From positions 3,040,001-3,104,000 of the forward strand of contig OZ244720.1 in NCBI GenBank assembly GCA_965219085.1: a stretch of 64,000 nt of DNA, written 5' to 3'. The notes beneath the pieces were generated by a model, which was not told where the DNA came from, did no database searches, and was given only the letters and a program-made list of their open reading frames with translations. The position numbers were made by a program, and so were the translations under genes. This document shows, in pieces, positions 10,626 to 20,098 of this stretch (positions are counted from its first letter, which is position 1; each line of letters begins with the position of its first letter). The DNA is from Dehalococcoidia bacterium. Its GTDB lineage: Bacteria > Chloroflexota > Dehalococcoidia > UBA2979.

Positions 10626-12914
10626 GTGGTCACCACTGACAAGCCCGAGTACAAGGTCGTCGGCACCCGCCCGATCCGCCCCGACGGGGCAGACAAGGTC
10701 ACCGGCCGCGCCGAGTACGGCGCCGACTACCACGCAGCCGACCTGCTGCACGGCCGCGTGCTGCGCAGCCCGCACGCCCACGCCAGGGTCCTGAGCATCG
10801 ACACCTCGAAGGCCAGGGCCCTCGACGGCGTGCGTTCGGTCATCACCAACGCTGACTTCCCGCAGGCCTCCGACGAGGTCGTCGACCTGGGCGAAGGCGC
10901 CGCGACCAGCGCGCGCTGGCTGCTCGACAACGTCCTCGCCAGCGACAAGGTGCTGTACCGCGGCCACCCCGTGGCGGCCGTCGCAGCCACCGACCCGCAC
11001 ATCGCCGAGGACGCCCTCGACCTCATCGAGGTCGAGTACGAGGTCCTCGAGCCCGTGCTCGACGTGATCGAGGCGATGGACGAGAACGCACCGCTGCTGC
11101 ACGACTTCCTCCGCACGGAGGAAGTCGCCGGCATGTTCGACCCGCCCGGCGGCCTCGGCGACACGCCGACCAACATCGCCAAGCACGCGAAGTTCGAGGC
11201 GGGCGACGTCGACGCCGGTTTCGCCGAAGCCGACGTGATCATCGAGCGCGAGTTCCGCACCTCGATGGCCCACCAGGGCTACATCGAGCCGCACAACGGC
11301 AGCGCGTTCTACAACCGCGACGGCCACCTCACGGTGTGGACGAGCACCCAGGGCTCGTTCGGCATCCGCGAGATGATCGCCACGCTGATGGACATGCCGA
11401 TTTCGAGCGTGACCTGCGTGCCGATGGAGATTGGCGGCGGCTTCGGCGGGAAGATCCCCGTCTACCTCGAGCCGCTCGCGGCGATGATGTCGAAGCAGAC
11501 CGGCCGCCCGGTCAAGCTCGTCATGACGCGCCAGGCCGTGCTCGAAGCCACGGGGCCGACGTCCGGCACCGTGGTGCGCGCCAAGATCGGCACGAAGAAC
11601 GACGGCACGATCACGGCCGCCTCCGTGTGGCTGGCGTTCGAGGCCGGGGGCTACCCGGGCTCGCCGTTCACCGCCGGCGCGATGTGCGCGCTCGGGCCGT
11701 ACGAGATCGAGAACGCCGTGGTCGAGGGCTTCGACGTCGTGGTCAACAAGCCGAAGGTCTCGGCCTACCGCGCGCCCGGCGCGCCGCAGACCGAGTTCGC
11801 CGTCGAGTCCATCATCGACGAACTGGCCGAGCGGCTGGAGATGGACCCGATGGACCTGCGGCAGAAGAACGCCGCCACAGAGGGCACGCGCCGCGTCGAC
11901 GGCGCCGTCTTCGGGGTCATCGGCAACGAAGAGGTCATGGACGTTGTCAAGAACAGCGACCACTACCGCTCTGAGCTGCAGGGTGAGAACCGCGGCCGTG
12001 GCGTCGCCATCGGCTTCTGGTTCAACGTCGGGTTCGAGTCCAGCGCCTACGCGAACGTGAACCCGGACGGCACGGTCAGCCTGGTGCTCGGCTCGGTCGA
12101 CATCGGCGGCACGCGCGCCTCGCTCGCGATGCAGCTGGCGGAGACGCTGGGCGTCGCCAGCGACGACGTGAAGCCGCACGTGGTCGACACCGACTCGGTC
12201 GGCTTCACCGGCGTCACCGGTGGCAGCCGCACGACCTTCGCCGGTGGCTGGGCCTGCTACGAGGCCGCGATGGACATCCGTCGCCAGATGGAGGAGCGCG
12301 CTTCCCAGATCTGGGAGGTTGACCGCGACTCCGTCTCCTACGGCGACGACGGCGTCATCCGCGGGCCCGGGGACGACCAGAGCCTCACCTTCGGCGAGCT
12401 GGCTGGCCAGCTCCCCGCGACCGGCGGCCTGATCCAGGGTCAGGCGGACGTCTCGCCGCTGACGTCGGGACCGGCGTTCGCCGGCCACATCGTCGATGTC
12501 GAGGTCGACCCCGAGACCGGCAAGGTCGACGTGCTCCGCTACACCGCGGTCCAGGACGTCGGCACGGCCATCCACCCCTCGTACGTCGAGGGGCAGATGC
12601 AGGGCGGCGTCTCGCAGGGCGTCGGCATGGCGCTGACCGAGGAGTACTTCTACTCCGACGACGGCACGATGCTGAACTCCAGCCTGCTGGACTACCGCAT
12701 GCCGACCGCGCTCGACCTGCCAATGATCGAGACGCAACTCGTCGAGGTGCCGAACCCCGGTCACCCGTACGGTGTGCGTGGCGTCGGCGAGGTGCCGATC
12801 GTGCCGCCGCTCGCGGCGGTCGCGAACGCCGTCTCCGCGGCGCTCGGCCAGCGCATGACCACGCTGCCGCTCACGCCGCGGCAGATCCTCGAGGAGACGG
12901 TGCTCGAGGAGTAG
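10626..12914 (+). CDS. Xanthine dehydrogenase family molybdopterin-binding subunit (paralog 1)
   Basis: RPDGADKVTG, HQGYIEP, GGGFGGK, AYRAPGAPQ, GVRGVGE. Confidence 0.92.
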   Translation: MVTTDKPEYKVVGTRPIRPDGADKVTGRAEYGADYHAADLLHGRVLRSPHAHARVLSIDTSKARALDGVRSVITNADFPQASDEVVDLGEGAATSARWLLDNVLASDKVLYRGHPVAAVAATDPHIAEDALDLIEVEYEVLEPVLDVIEAMDENAPLLHDFLRTEEVAGMFDPPGGLGDTPTNIAKHAKFEAGDVDAGFAEADVIIEREFRTSMAHQGYIEPHNGSAFYNRDGHLTVWTSTQGSFGIREMIATLMDMPISSVTCVPMEIGGGFGGKIPVYLEPLAAMMSKQTGRPVKLVMTRQAVLEATGPTSGTVVRAKIGTKNDGTITAASVWLAFEAGGYPGSPFTAGAMCALGPYEIENAVVEGFDVVVNKPKVSAYRAPGAPQTEFAVESIIDELAERLEMDPMDLRQKNAATEGTRRVDGAVFGVIGNEEVMDVVKNSDHYRSELQGENRGRGVAIGFWFNVGFESSAYANVNPDGTVSLVLGSVDIGGTRASLAMQLAETLGVASDDVKPHVVDTDSVGFTGVTGGSRTTFAGGWACYEAAMDIRRQMEERASQIWEVDRDSVSYGDDGVIRGPGDDQSLTFGELAGQLPATGGLIQGQADVSPLTSGPAFAGHIVDVEVDPETGKVDVLRYTAVQDVGTAIHPSYVEGQMQGGVSQGVGMALTEEYFYSDDGTMLNSSLLDYRMPTALDLPMIETQLVEVPNPGHPYGVRGVGEVPIVPPLAAVANAVSAALGQRMTTLPLTPRQILEETVLEE

Positions 12915-12950
12915 CACCGACGCGCGTGAGCGCGTACGACGGCAAGTACA

Positions 12951-12980
12951 CACTGGCGGCGCCAACCGGCGCCGCCAGTG
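12951..12980 (+). terminator. 13-bp stem hairpin CACTGGCGGCGCC-AACC-GGCGCCGCCAGTG
   Basis: Perfect inverted repeat 36 nt after the stop of paralog 1; no U-tract. Confidence 0.5.
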
Positions 12981-13082
12981 CCGTGTTGCAGGCATCCACT
13001 TGGCGGCCGTACGATCGAGGTGGTGAGGCGATCCCACATCGGGCGCGCCGCGGACGCACCCTCATGCAGTCGGGAGTAGGCG

Positions 13083-13340
13083 ATGGCCAATCAGGGAGCG
13101 ACTCCGCCGACCGACTCTGACTCGGACCCGACGGGTCCCCAGTCCGAGCGTCGTGGCGCGTCGAACGGACGACGGCGCCTGATCGATCTGGAGCCCGGGC
13201 CCGAGGAAACGGTGTTCAAGGGGATATATCCCGGGTTTCGTGACGCCGACCGAACCTGGGTAAACGCCGCCGAAACCGCCGCGAGAGCGATGATCACGGC
13301 GTCTACCGCAAAGGCCATGGTCGCCACCGAGGCGAGGTAA
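13083..13340 (+). CDS. Small hypothetical protein
   Basis: GGGAG upstream of ATG; no recognisable motif. Confidence 0.35.
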   Translation: MANQGATPPTDSDSDPTGPQSERRGASNGRRRLIDLEPGPEETVFKGIYPGFRDADRTWVNAAETAARAMITASTAKAMVATEAR

Positions 13341-13423
13341 CCCTTTCTCTTCAGCCTCCGTTCATTGAAGGCTATCGACAGCATTGTCTCCTGGGCGATC
13401 CACCTCCGGACTGTCGGCTCGTC

Positions 13424-13762
13424 CTAGGCGTCCGAGTGGTCCCGGAGCGTGGGGAGCGCGGGGCGCACACTCCAGCGTGAACCCATGTAGGCCAGCACCG
13501 TCACGGCCACGACGACGAAATATACGGCGACAGCCAGAACGTACAGCACTCTCGCCGCGCCCTCGGTGTCCGCAAACACAAAGAGAGCTCCGAACAGCGG
13601 CGCGAGTGCGGCGATGAGATAGAACATGTTGGCCACCTTCGTATCGAGCGCGTCCACTCGGCGGAGTTGCTCGTCGAGGCGCCAGCGGGCGATGTCGTAG
13701 AAGGCATTCTCTGCCGTCGCGGCGTCGACGACGTCGCCGGTCCCCGACTCGTTTGCCGGCAT
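13424..13762 (-). CDS. Small two-TM hypothetical protein (possibly truncated)
   Basis: EQLRRVDALDTK followed by two hydrophobic helices. Confidence 0.5.
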   Translation of the reverse strand: MPANESGTGDVVDAATAENAFYDIARWRLDEQLRRVDALDTKVANMFYLIAALAPLFGALFVFADTEGAARVLYVLAVAVYFVVVAVTVLAYMGSRWSVRPALPTLRDHSDA

Positions 13763-13903
13763 GTTGGGCTCCGGAATCGCGGTGGGGCGGCCCCGATACT
13801 CTACGACAGCGTGGCGAGTGAAGCTGCGAGGCCTCGCCGTCGCCGCGCCCGCGAGCGGGTACAATCCCGGCGAACTGATTCACCGCGCCCAGGGAGGTTC
13901 CCC

Positions 13904-16198
13904 GTGGTAACCACCGAGAAGCCCGAGTACCGGGTCGTTGGAACGAGGCCGGTCCGGCCGGATGGCGCCGACAAGGTCACCGGACGGGCGCAGTACGGCG
14001 TCGACGTGGCACTGCCGGGCATGCTCTACGGCCGCGTGCTGCGCAGCCCCTACGCCCACGCCCGCATCCTCAGCATCGACACCTCGAAAGCCGAGGCGCT
14101 CGACGGCGTGCGCGCGGTGACGAGCTTCGCCGACCTGCCGATCCGCGACGAGGAGACTGTCGTCGACATCGGTGAGGGAGCCGCCGAAGGGCGCTGGATG
14201 GCGCGGCTGGTGTTCGCAGACGACAAGGCACTGTTCAAGGGCCACGCCGTGGCCGCCGTCTGCGCCACCGACCCCCACATCGCCGAGGACGCCCTCGAAC
14301 TGATCGAGGTCGAGTACGAGCCGCTGCCGGTGGTCCTCGACGCGCGCGAGGCGATGGACGAGAACGCACCGCTGCTGCACCCGGACCTGCTCACCGAGGA
14401 GGTCGCCGGCTTCGGCGTCGGCGACGTGTCCACGAGCAGGCCGTCGAACATCGGCAAGCACTGCGAGTTCGCGATGGGTGACGTGGACGCCGGGTTCGAG
14501 GAGGCTGAGATCATCCTCGAGCGCGAGTTCGAGACCTCGGCGTACCACCAGGGCTACATCGAGCCGCAGAACGGCGCCGCGATGTGGAACGCGGACGGCG
14601 AGCTGACCGTGTGGGTGAGCAGCCAGGGCCCGTTCGTCGTGCGGGCGCAGCTCGCGCAGTTGCTCGACCTGCCGCTCAGCAAGGTCAAGGTCGTGCCGAT
14701 GGAGATCGGTGGCGGCTTCGGCGGCAAGATCCCGCTCTACATGGAGCCGATGGCCGCCATCATGTCGAAGAAGACCGGCCGCCCCGTCAAGATGATCATG
14801 ACGCGCCAGGAGGTCCTCGAGTCGACCGGCCCGACGCCGGGCTCGTGGGTGCGCGCCAGGATCGGCGCAAAGCGTGACGGCACGCTCGTCGCGGCCGATG
14901 TGGCGCTCGCGTTCGAGTCGGGCGGGTTCCCGGGTTCGGCGTTCGTCGCCGGGGCGCGTTGCGCGCTCGGGCCGTACGACATCCCGAACATGCACGTCGA
15001 GGGCTGGGACATCGTCGTCAACAAGCCGAAGGTCGCCGCCTACCGGGCGCCCGGCGCGCCGCAGACCGAGTTCGCCGTCGAGTCGCTGATGGACGAGCTC
15101 GCCGAGACGCTTGAGCGCGACCCGATGGAGCTGCGCCGCCAGAACGCGGCTGTCGAGGGCACCAGGCTCGCGGACGGCACGGCGCTCGGCGTGGTCGGCA
15201 ACACGCAGGTCATGGACGCGATCACGCAGAGCGACCACTATCGCTCCGAGCTCCAGGGTGAGAACCGCGGCCGCGGCGTCGCGATGGGCTACTGGGGCAA
15301 CGGCGGCATGGAGACGAGCGCCCTCGCCAACGTCAACGCCGACGGCACCGTCAGCCTCGTCGTCGGCACGGTCGACATCGGCGGACTGCGCGCGACGCAC
15401 GCGATGCAGCTCGCCGAGACGCTCGGCCTGTCGTACGAGGACGTGCACCCGAAGGTCGTCGACACCGACAGCGTCGGCATGACCTCGGTCACCGGCGGCA
15501 GCCGGAGCACGTTCGCCGGCGGCTGGGCGATGCACGAGGTCGGCATGGACCTCCGCAGCCAGCTCGAGGCGCGCGCGGCGCAGATCTGGGAGGTCGACCC
15601 CTCGGACGTCACGTACGGCGACGATGCCGTCGTGCGCGGCCCCTCGGACGGTGACGAGGAGCGCAGCATGACCTTCGGGGAGCTCGCCGGGCAGCTGGCG
15701 ATGACCGGCGGCATGATCCAGGGCAGCGCCTCGGTGAAGCCGACCACCGTCGGCGTGACGTTCGCCGGCCACATCGTGGACGTCGAGGTGGACCCCGAGA
15801 CCGGCAAGGTCGACGTGCTCCGCTACACCGCCGTGCAGGACGTCGGCACCGCGATACACCCCTCGTACGTCGAGGGGCAGATCCAGGGCGGCGCGCTGCA
15901 GGGCGTGGGGATGGCGCTGACCGAGGAGTACTTCTACGACGACGACGGCGTGATGCGGAACTCGAGCCTGCTCGACTACCGCATGCCGACGGCGCTCGAC
16001 ACGCCGATGATCGACGCGATCCTCGTCGAGGTACCGAACCCCGGCCACCCGTACGGGGTGCGCGGGGTCGGCGAGGTGCCGATCGTGCCGCCGCTGGCGG
16101 CCATCGCCAACGCGATCCACGATGCCGTGGGCGTGCGCATGGCGAAGCTGCCGGCCACGCCGCGCGCGATCCTCGAGGAGCTGGAGCCGGACGCCTAG
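13904..16198 (+). CDS. Xanthine dehydrogenase family molybdopterin-binding subunit (paralog 2)
   Basis: Co-linear with 10626-12914; GTG start after GGGAGG; TACAAT at 13860-13865. Confidence 0.92.
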   Translation: MVTTEKPEYRVVGTRPVRPDGADKVTGRAQYGVDVALPGMLYGRVLRSPYAHARILSIDTSKAEALDGVRAVTSFADLPIRDEETVVDIGEGAAEGRWMARLVFADDKALFKGHAVAAVCATDPHIAEDALELIEVEYEPLPVVLDAREAMDENAPLLHPDLLTEEVAGFGVGDVSTSRPSNIGKHCEFAMGDVDAGFEEAEIILEREFETSAYHQGYIEPQNGAAMWNADGELTVWVSSQGPFVVRAQLAQLLDLPLSKVKVVPMEIGGGFGGKIPLYMEPMAAIMSKKTGRPVKMIMTRQEVLESTGPTPGSWVRARIGAKRDGTLVAADVALAFESGGFPGSAFVAGARCALGPYDIPNMHVEGWDIVVNKPKVAAYRAPGAPQTEFAVESLMDELAETLERDPMELRRQNAAVEGTRLADGTALGVVGNTQVMDAITQSDHYRSELQGENRGRGVAMGYWGNGGMETSALANVNADGTVSLVVGTVDIGGLRATHAMQLAETLGLSYEDVHPKVVDTDSVGMTSVTGGSRSTFAGGWAMHEVGMDLRSQLEARAAQIWEVDPSDVTYGDDAVVRGPSDGDEERSMTFGELAGQLAMTGGMIQGSASVKPTTVGVTFAGHIVDVEVDPETGKVDVLRYTAVQDVGTAIHPSYVEGQIQGGALQGVGMALTEEYFYDDDGVMRNSSLLDYRMPTALDTPMIDAILVEVPNPGHPYGVRGVGEVPIVPPLAAIANAIHDAVGVRMAKLPATPRAILEELEPDA

Positions 16199-16231
16199 CG
16201 TCCGGCGCGAACCTGGGCCGGGAGGCACGAG

Positions 16232-16495
16232 ATGGCGAAAGTCTTCGTACCCGCGCTGATGCGCAAGCTGTCCAACGACGAGCCCGTCGTCGACGTACCG
16301 GGCAAGACGCTCCGCGAGGTCGTCAACAACCTTGAGGAGACCTGCCCGGGCATGAGGGACCTGATCATCCAGGACGGCCGCGTGCGGCCCGGCCTCCAGC
16401 TCGCCGTCGACGGCGTGCTGTCGGCGACGGGCCTGATGGCGAAGGTGCCGGAGGACGGCGAGGTGCACATCCTGCCCGCCCTCGGCGGCGGGTAG
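16232..16495 (+). CDS. MoaD/ThiS family sulfur-carrier protein
   Basis: Ubiquitin-like size, C-terminal ILPALGGG. Confidence 0.88.
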   Translation: MAKVFVPALMRKLSNDEPVVDVPGKTLREVVNNLEETCPGMRDLIIQDGRVRPGLQLAVDGVLSATGLMAKVPEDGEVHILPALGGG

Positions 16496-16741
16496 CCAGC
16501 CCCTCGCATCGGCGAGGCGCAACGGGCCGGAGCGTTCCGTGGCGCGGGGGCACGGCCGGGCCGCCTCGCGCTACCGCACGACACGCCCGGCACGCCCGGA
16601 GGACGCCACTCTATCGATTGAATGTGGCCGCGGCGAACGCCGCCGTATCCGCGCGCGATGCGGCCCGCGCGCTCAGGACTGTTATCCTCCTGTCAGCGAC
16701 CCGCCCACGTGGGGCGGGCGTGGTGCAACGGGAGGTGCCGT

Positions 16742-17032
16742 GTGCCGAGCTACCTGTCACTCGCGAGCTGGACCGACCAGGGGATACGCGACCTGAAGGA
16801 TGCCCCGGACAGACTGGACGCCCTCAAAGAAGCCGTGTCGGCGGCGGGCGGCCGCGTGATCTTCTTCTACATGCTGATGGGCGAGTACGACATGGCGACG
16901 CTCATCGAGATGCCGGACGACGATGCCGCCGCTCAAGTCGCGCTCCGCACGGGCATGTCCGGGAACGTGCGTACGCAGACGATGAAGGCGTTCACCGAGG
17001 AAGAATTCCGCACCGTCATCGGCGGGCTGTAA
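16742..17032 (+). CDS. GYD-domain protein
   Basis: WTDQGIR, MGEYD, TQTMKAF; GTG after GGAGG. Confidence 0.85.
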   Translation: MPSYLSLASWTDQGIRDLKDAPDRLDALKEAVSAAGGRVIFFYMLMGEYDMATLIEMPDDDAAAQVALRTGMSGNVRTQTMKAFTEEEFRTVIGGL

Positions 17033-17293
17033 GCCTGGTCTTGATTCGGTTCGACGCGCAACCTGGCGAGGCCACCCGAGCGGACGGCCGCCCGCCTCCG
17101 GTGCCCCGTATTCGGCGGGTGTTGGCTCTCCGGTCCTGACAGACGTCCCGCGTCCGGAGGCGGGCGGGATCGCTCACGCCGCGGGCCAGTCTGCTAGACT
17201 GCGCCGCGACGTAAGCCGCTTCGCGGGCAGGTGCTCCGCGTTGCGGGGATGAGCGGGCGGCTACCCGCACAAGCAAGACACAGGAGGTGCAGA

Positions 17294-18151
17294 TTGACGC
17301 AAGACAGATTCGGCGGAAACATCGACGCCCCGATCGAGCGAACTCCGCTGCCGGACTGGCCGTATGAGGAACTGCTCTACGAGACCATCGACAACGGGCG
17401 CATCGCGCTGATCACGATGAACCGCCCCGAGCGGATGAACTCCAGCGACCCGGAGATGGGCGAGCGCTTCTATCGCGCGTGGACTACCTTCGCCGAGGAC
17501 GACGATCAGTGGGTCGCGATCGTGACCGGCGCAGGCGACCGCGCGTTCTCGGCAGGCCAGGACCTCAAGATCCGTGCTGAGCTGGAGCTGGAAGGCGGCG
17601 ACGCGCCATACCAGCGGCGTGCGCCGAACGTCACGCCGCTCGGCGAGAAGCTCGGGTGCTGGAAGCCGACGATCGCCGCAATCAACGGCTTCGCAATCGC
17701 GGGCGGCTGGGCCATGGCCCAGAACTGCACGTTCCGCATCGCCGAAGAGCACGCGGAGATGAACATCGCCGAGGCGCGCTGGAACCAGGGCGCGGGCTTC
17801 GTGGCCTGGCTGCCGCGGCTGATGAGCACCTCGCACGCACTCGAGGTCTGCATCATGGGCGACCGGCGCGTCAGCGCGCAGCGGGCCTACGAGATGGGCT
17901 TTGTGAACAAGGTGGTGCAGAAGGGTCAGTCGGTCGAGGAGGCCGTTGACTGGGCGCGGACGATCTGCCGGATGGCGCCGCGCGCGGTGCGCAACTTCCA
18001 CCAGCTGATCTTCCAGTGCTTCAACATGAGCATCGAGGAGTCTCAGCAGGCTTCGCAGGCGCTCGAGTTCAACCTCCGCGGCATGGAGGACTCGGTCGAG
18101 GGCCCGCTGGCCTTCGCCGAGAAGCGCCCGGCCGTCTTCAACAACCGCTAG
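17294..18151 (+). CDS. Enoyl-CoA hydratase/isomerase family protein
   Basis: ITMNRPE, RAFSAGQDLK, KPTIAAINGFAIAGG, AFAEKRP; TTG after AGGAGG. Confidence 0.9.
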   Translation: MTQDRFGGNIDAPIERTPLPDWPYEELLYETIDNGRIALITMNRPERMNSSDPEMGERFYRAWTTFAEDDDQWVAIVTGAGDRAFSAGQDLKIRAELELEGGDAPYQRRAPNVTPLGEKLGCWKPTIAAINGFAIAGGWAMAQNCTFRIAEEHAEMNIAEARWNQGAGFVAWLPRLMSTSHALEVCIMGDRRVSAQRAYEMGFVNKVVQKGQSVEEAVDWARTICRMAPRAVRNFHQLIFQCFNMSIEESQQASQALEFNLRGMEDSVEGPLAFAEKRPAVFNNR

Positions 18152-18170
18152 GCCGCAGCGAGCGAACAAC

Positions 18171-18229
18171 CGGGCGGCCCTCCAGGGCCGCCCGACACCA
18201 CAAGGGCGGCCCCGAGGGGCCGCCCTTTG
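18171..18229. terminator. Two tandem GC hairpins between convergent genes (bidirectional terminator)
   Basis: CGGGCGGCCCT-CC-AGGGCCGCCCG and AAGGGCGGCCCC-GA-GGGGCCGCCCTT. Confidence 0.65.
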
Positions 18230-18276
18230 GTATATCCCGGGCATGCGCGCCCGGGATCCATGTTACATAAGCGGGA

Positions 18277-18822
18277 CTAGTCGCCGAGCGTTGTGTCGTA
18301 GCCGAGCGCGCGGATCTCCTCGACGTACTCGGCGCGCCAGCCCGCGGCGGGGATGCGGCGGTGCAGGCTACGGAACTCGGCGTGGTAGCGCAGGTACTCT
18401 TCCTCCAGGCGCCGCCGCCACTCCGCCTCCTCGCGGGCCGCGTCAGGGGCGACCTCCTCGAAGGGCAGCTCGAACTGCTCCTCGGCGAGCTCGTACTCGT
18501 CGCGCCAGTACTCGGCGAGGTAGTCGAGCGAGTCCTCGAGGTCGCGGCGGCAGTCGAGCATGTACGTTTCGAGGAGCTGTCCGGCGTCGGCGACCGTGCC
18601 GCGCAGGCGCTCGCTGCCGGCGCACGGCGTGCAGAGGGTGGTGAGCTTGCGCGCCTCGCACGCGTCGCCGCGCGGGCAGTTCTGGTGCCGAGGGGCGAAG
18701 GGCGAGAGGTCGGGCTTGCGCGAGTATCCGACGACCAGTTCTTCCACGTCGGCCTCACAGCGCGGGCAGGTGAGGCGTCGCGCGAAGATCTGGTTGATGG
18801 CGTTCTCCCAGTCGATCTGCAC
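18277..18822 (-). CDS. Hypothetical Cys-rich (putative Zn-binding) protein with acidic helical C-terminus
   Basis: CPRC, C-x5-C, CTPC; GTG at 18822. Confidence 0.7.
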   Translation of the reverse strand: MQIDWENAINQIFARRLTCPRCEADVEELVVGYSRKPDLSPFAPRHQNCPRGDACEARKLTTLCTPCAGSERLRGTVADAGQLLETYMLDCRRDLEDSLDYLAEYWRDEYELAEEQFELPFEEVAPDAAREEAEWRRRLEEEYLRYHAEFRSLHRRIPAAGWRAEYVEEIRALGYDTTLGD

Positions 18823-18994
18823 GTCGCACGCTCCGATCAACCGATGACGGCGTTCGGCGCAGACCCGCCGCGTCGAGTTCCGGCGAGCCGGCTGCCCGAT
18901 CGATGGTACGCAGGGCGTGGAAACTGTCAACGCGGCCAGGCCGGCGACCCGAAGCACCCGGCTGTACCATGGTGAGGCATGGGAGCGCGCAGGG

Positions 18995-19552
18995 ATGACC
19001 ACCACCGAGACCAGGCTGCTCACCGCGGACGACCTGCTGCAACTCTACGGCCGAGGCGTGCGTGGCGAGCTGATCCGGGGGGTGCTCTGCGAAACCATGT
19101 CAACGGGACAAGAGCACGGCGAGATAGCGGCGAACCTGACCATCGCTCTCGGTACCCTTGTCAAGCCTCGCAAACTCGGACGGATCACCACGTCAGACGC
19201 GGGCGTGCGGCTTGAACGGGATCCCGACACCGTACGAGAGCCGGATGTCGCGTACTTCTCCGCTGAGCGGATGCCACCTGGCGTTCGGGTTACGGGGTAC
19301 TCGGAAACGGTTCCTGACTTGGTTGTCGAAGTCGCGTCCCCCAGCGACAGCCGCCGCGAGGTCAACGACAAGGCACGGATGTGGGTGAGCTACGGCGTCC
19401 GCCTCGTGTGGGTCGTGCACCCGGACACCCGCACGGTGGACGTCCACCGACCCGGCGAGGCCGTCGCCACCCTTGGCGAGGACGACGCGCTCGACGGACT
19501 GGATGCGCTGCCGGGCTTTATGTGCCCGGTCAGCGACGTCTTCGCCGAGTAG
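18995..19552 (+). CDS. Uma2 family (PD-D/ExK) endonuclease
   Basis: REPDVAY, PDLVVEVASPSD, GVRLVWVVHP. Confidence 0.9.
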   Translation: MTTTETRLLTADDLLQLYGRGVRGELIRGVLCETMSTGQEHGEIAANLTIALGTLVKPRKLGRITTSDAGVRLERDPDTVREPDVAYFSAERMPPGVRVTGYSETVPDLVVEVASPSDSRREVNDKARMWVSYGVRLVWVVHPDTRTVDVHRPGEAVATLGEDDALDGLDALPGFMCPVSDVFAE

Positions 19553-19573
19553 CCAGAGCCAGGTTCCGAGGTA

Positions 19574-20098
19574 CTACGAGCGGAAGGTCGCCGGCCAGTC
19601 CGGCTTGAGGTGGCGGGCGTAGCTGCCGCTCTGTCCGGGCATCTCCTCGATCTCCACGTCGATGCGCGTGAGGTTGCCGTGGTCGCCCGCAGCGAGCGAG
19701 GCGAGCACGCGCCGGGCGACCCACTCCGCGAGCAGTTCGGCAGTGCTGTTCTCGATCGGCAGCGCGACGACATCGCTCGCCGGGAAGCGGTACTCGCGGT
19801 CGCCGAAGCGGATCGTCCAGCCGTCGGCGTCCTCGACGATGTCGAGCAGGCGGGAGTCGCGCTGGAGCAGGAAGCGGTGGTCCAGCGCCTCGCACGCGTC
19901 GCGGACGGCGCGCTTGAGCGCGCTGAAGTCGATCACCCAGCGGTCGGCGGTGAGTGCGCCGTCGACGCGGCAGCGCGCGATGTAGTTGTGCCCGTGCAGC
20001 GGCTCGAGGTCGTCGCCAAGCGTGGCCATGTGCGACGCGGCGAACCGCAGCCGCACACCCTCGACGGTGACGGCGCGGGAGACCTGACTCTCGTTCAT
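19574..20098 (-). CDS. 6-pyruvoyl-tetrahydropterin synthase family protein (ExxHGH, PTPS-III type)
   Basis: FAASH, EPLHGHNY, LDHR, NSTAELLAEW; ATG overlaps helicase stop. Confidence 0.85.
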   Translation of the reverse strand: MNESQVSRAVTVEGVRLRFAASHMATLGDDLEPLHGHNYIARCRVDGALTADRWVIDFSALKRAVRDACEALDHRFLLQRDSRLLDIVEDADGWTIRFGDREYRFPASDVVALPIENSTAELLAEWVARRVLASLAAGDHGNLTRIDVEIEEMPGQSGSYARHLKPDWPATFRS

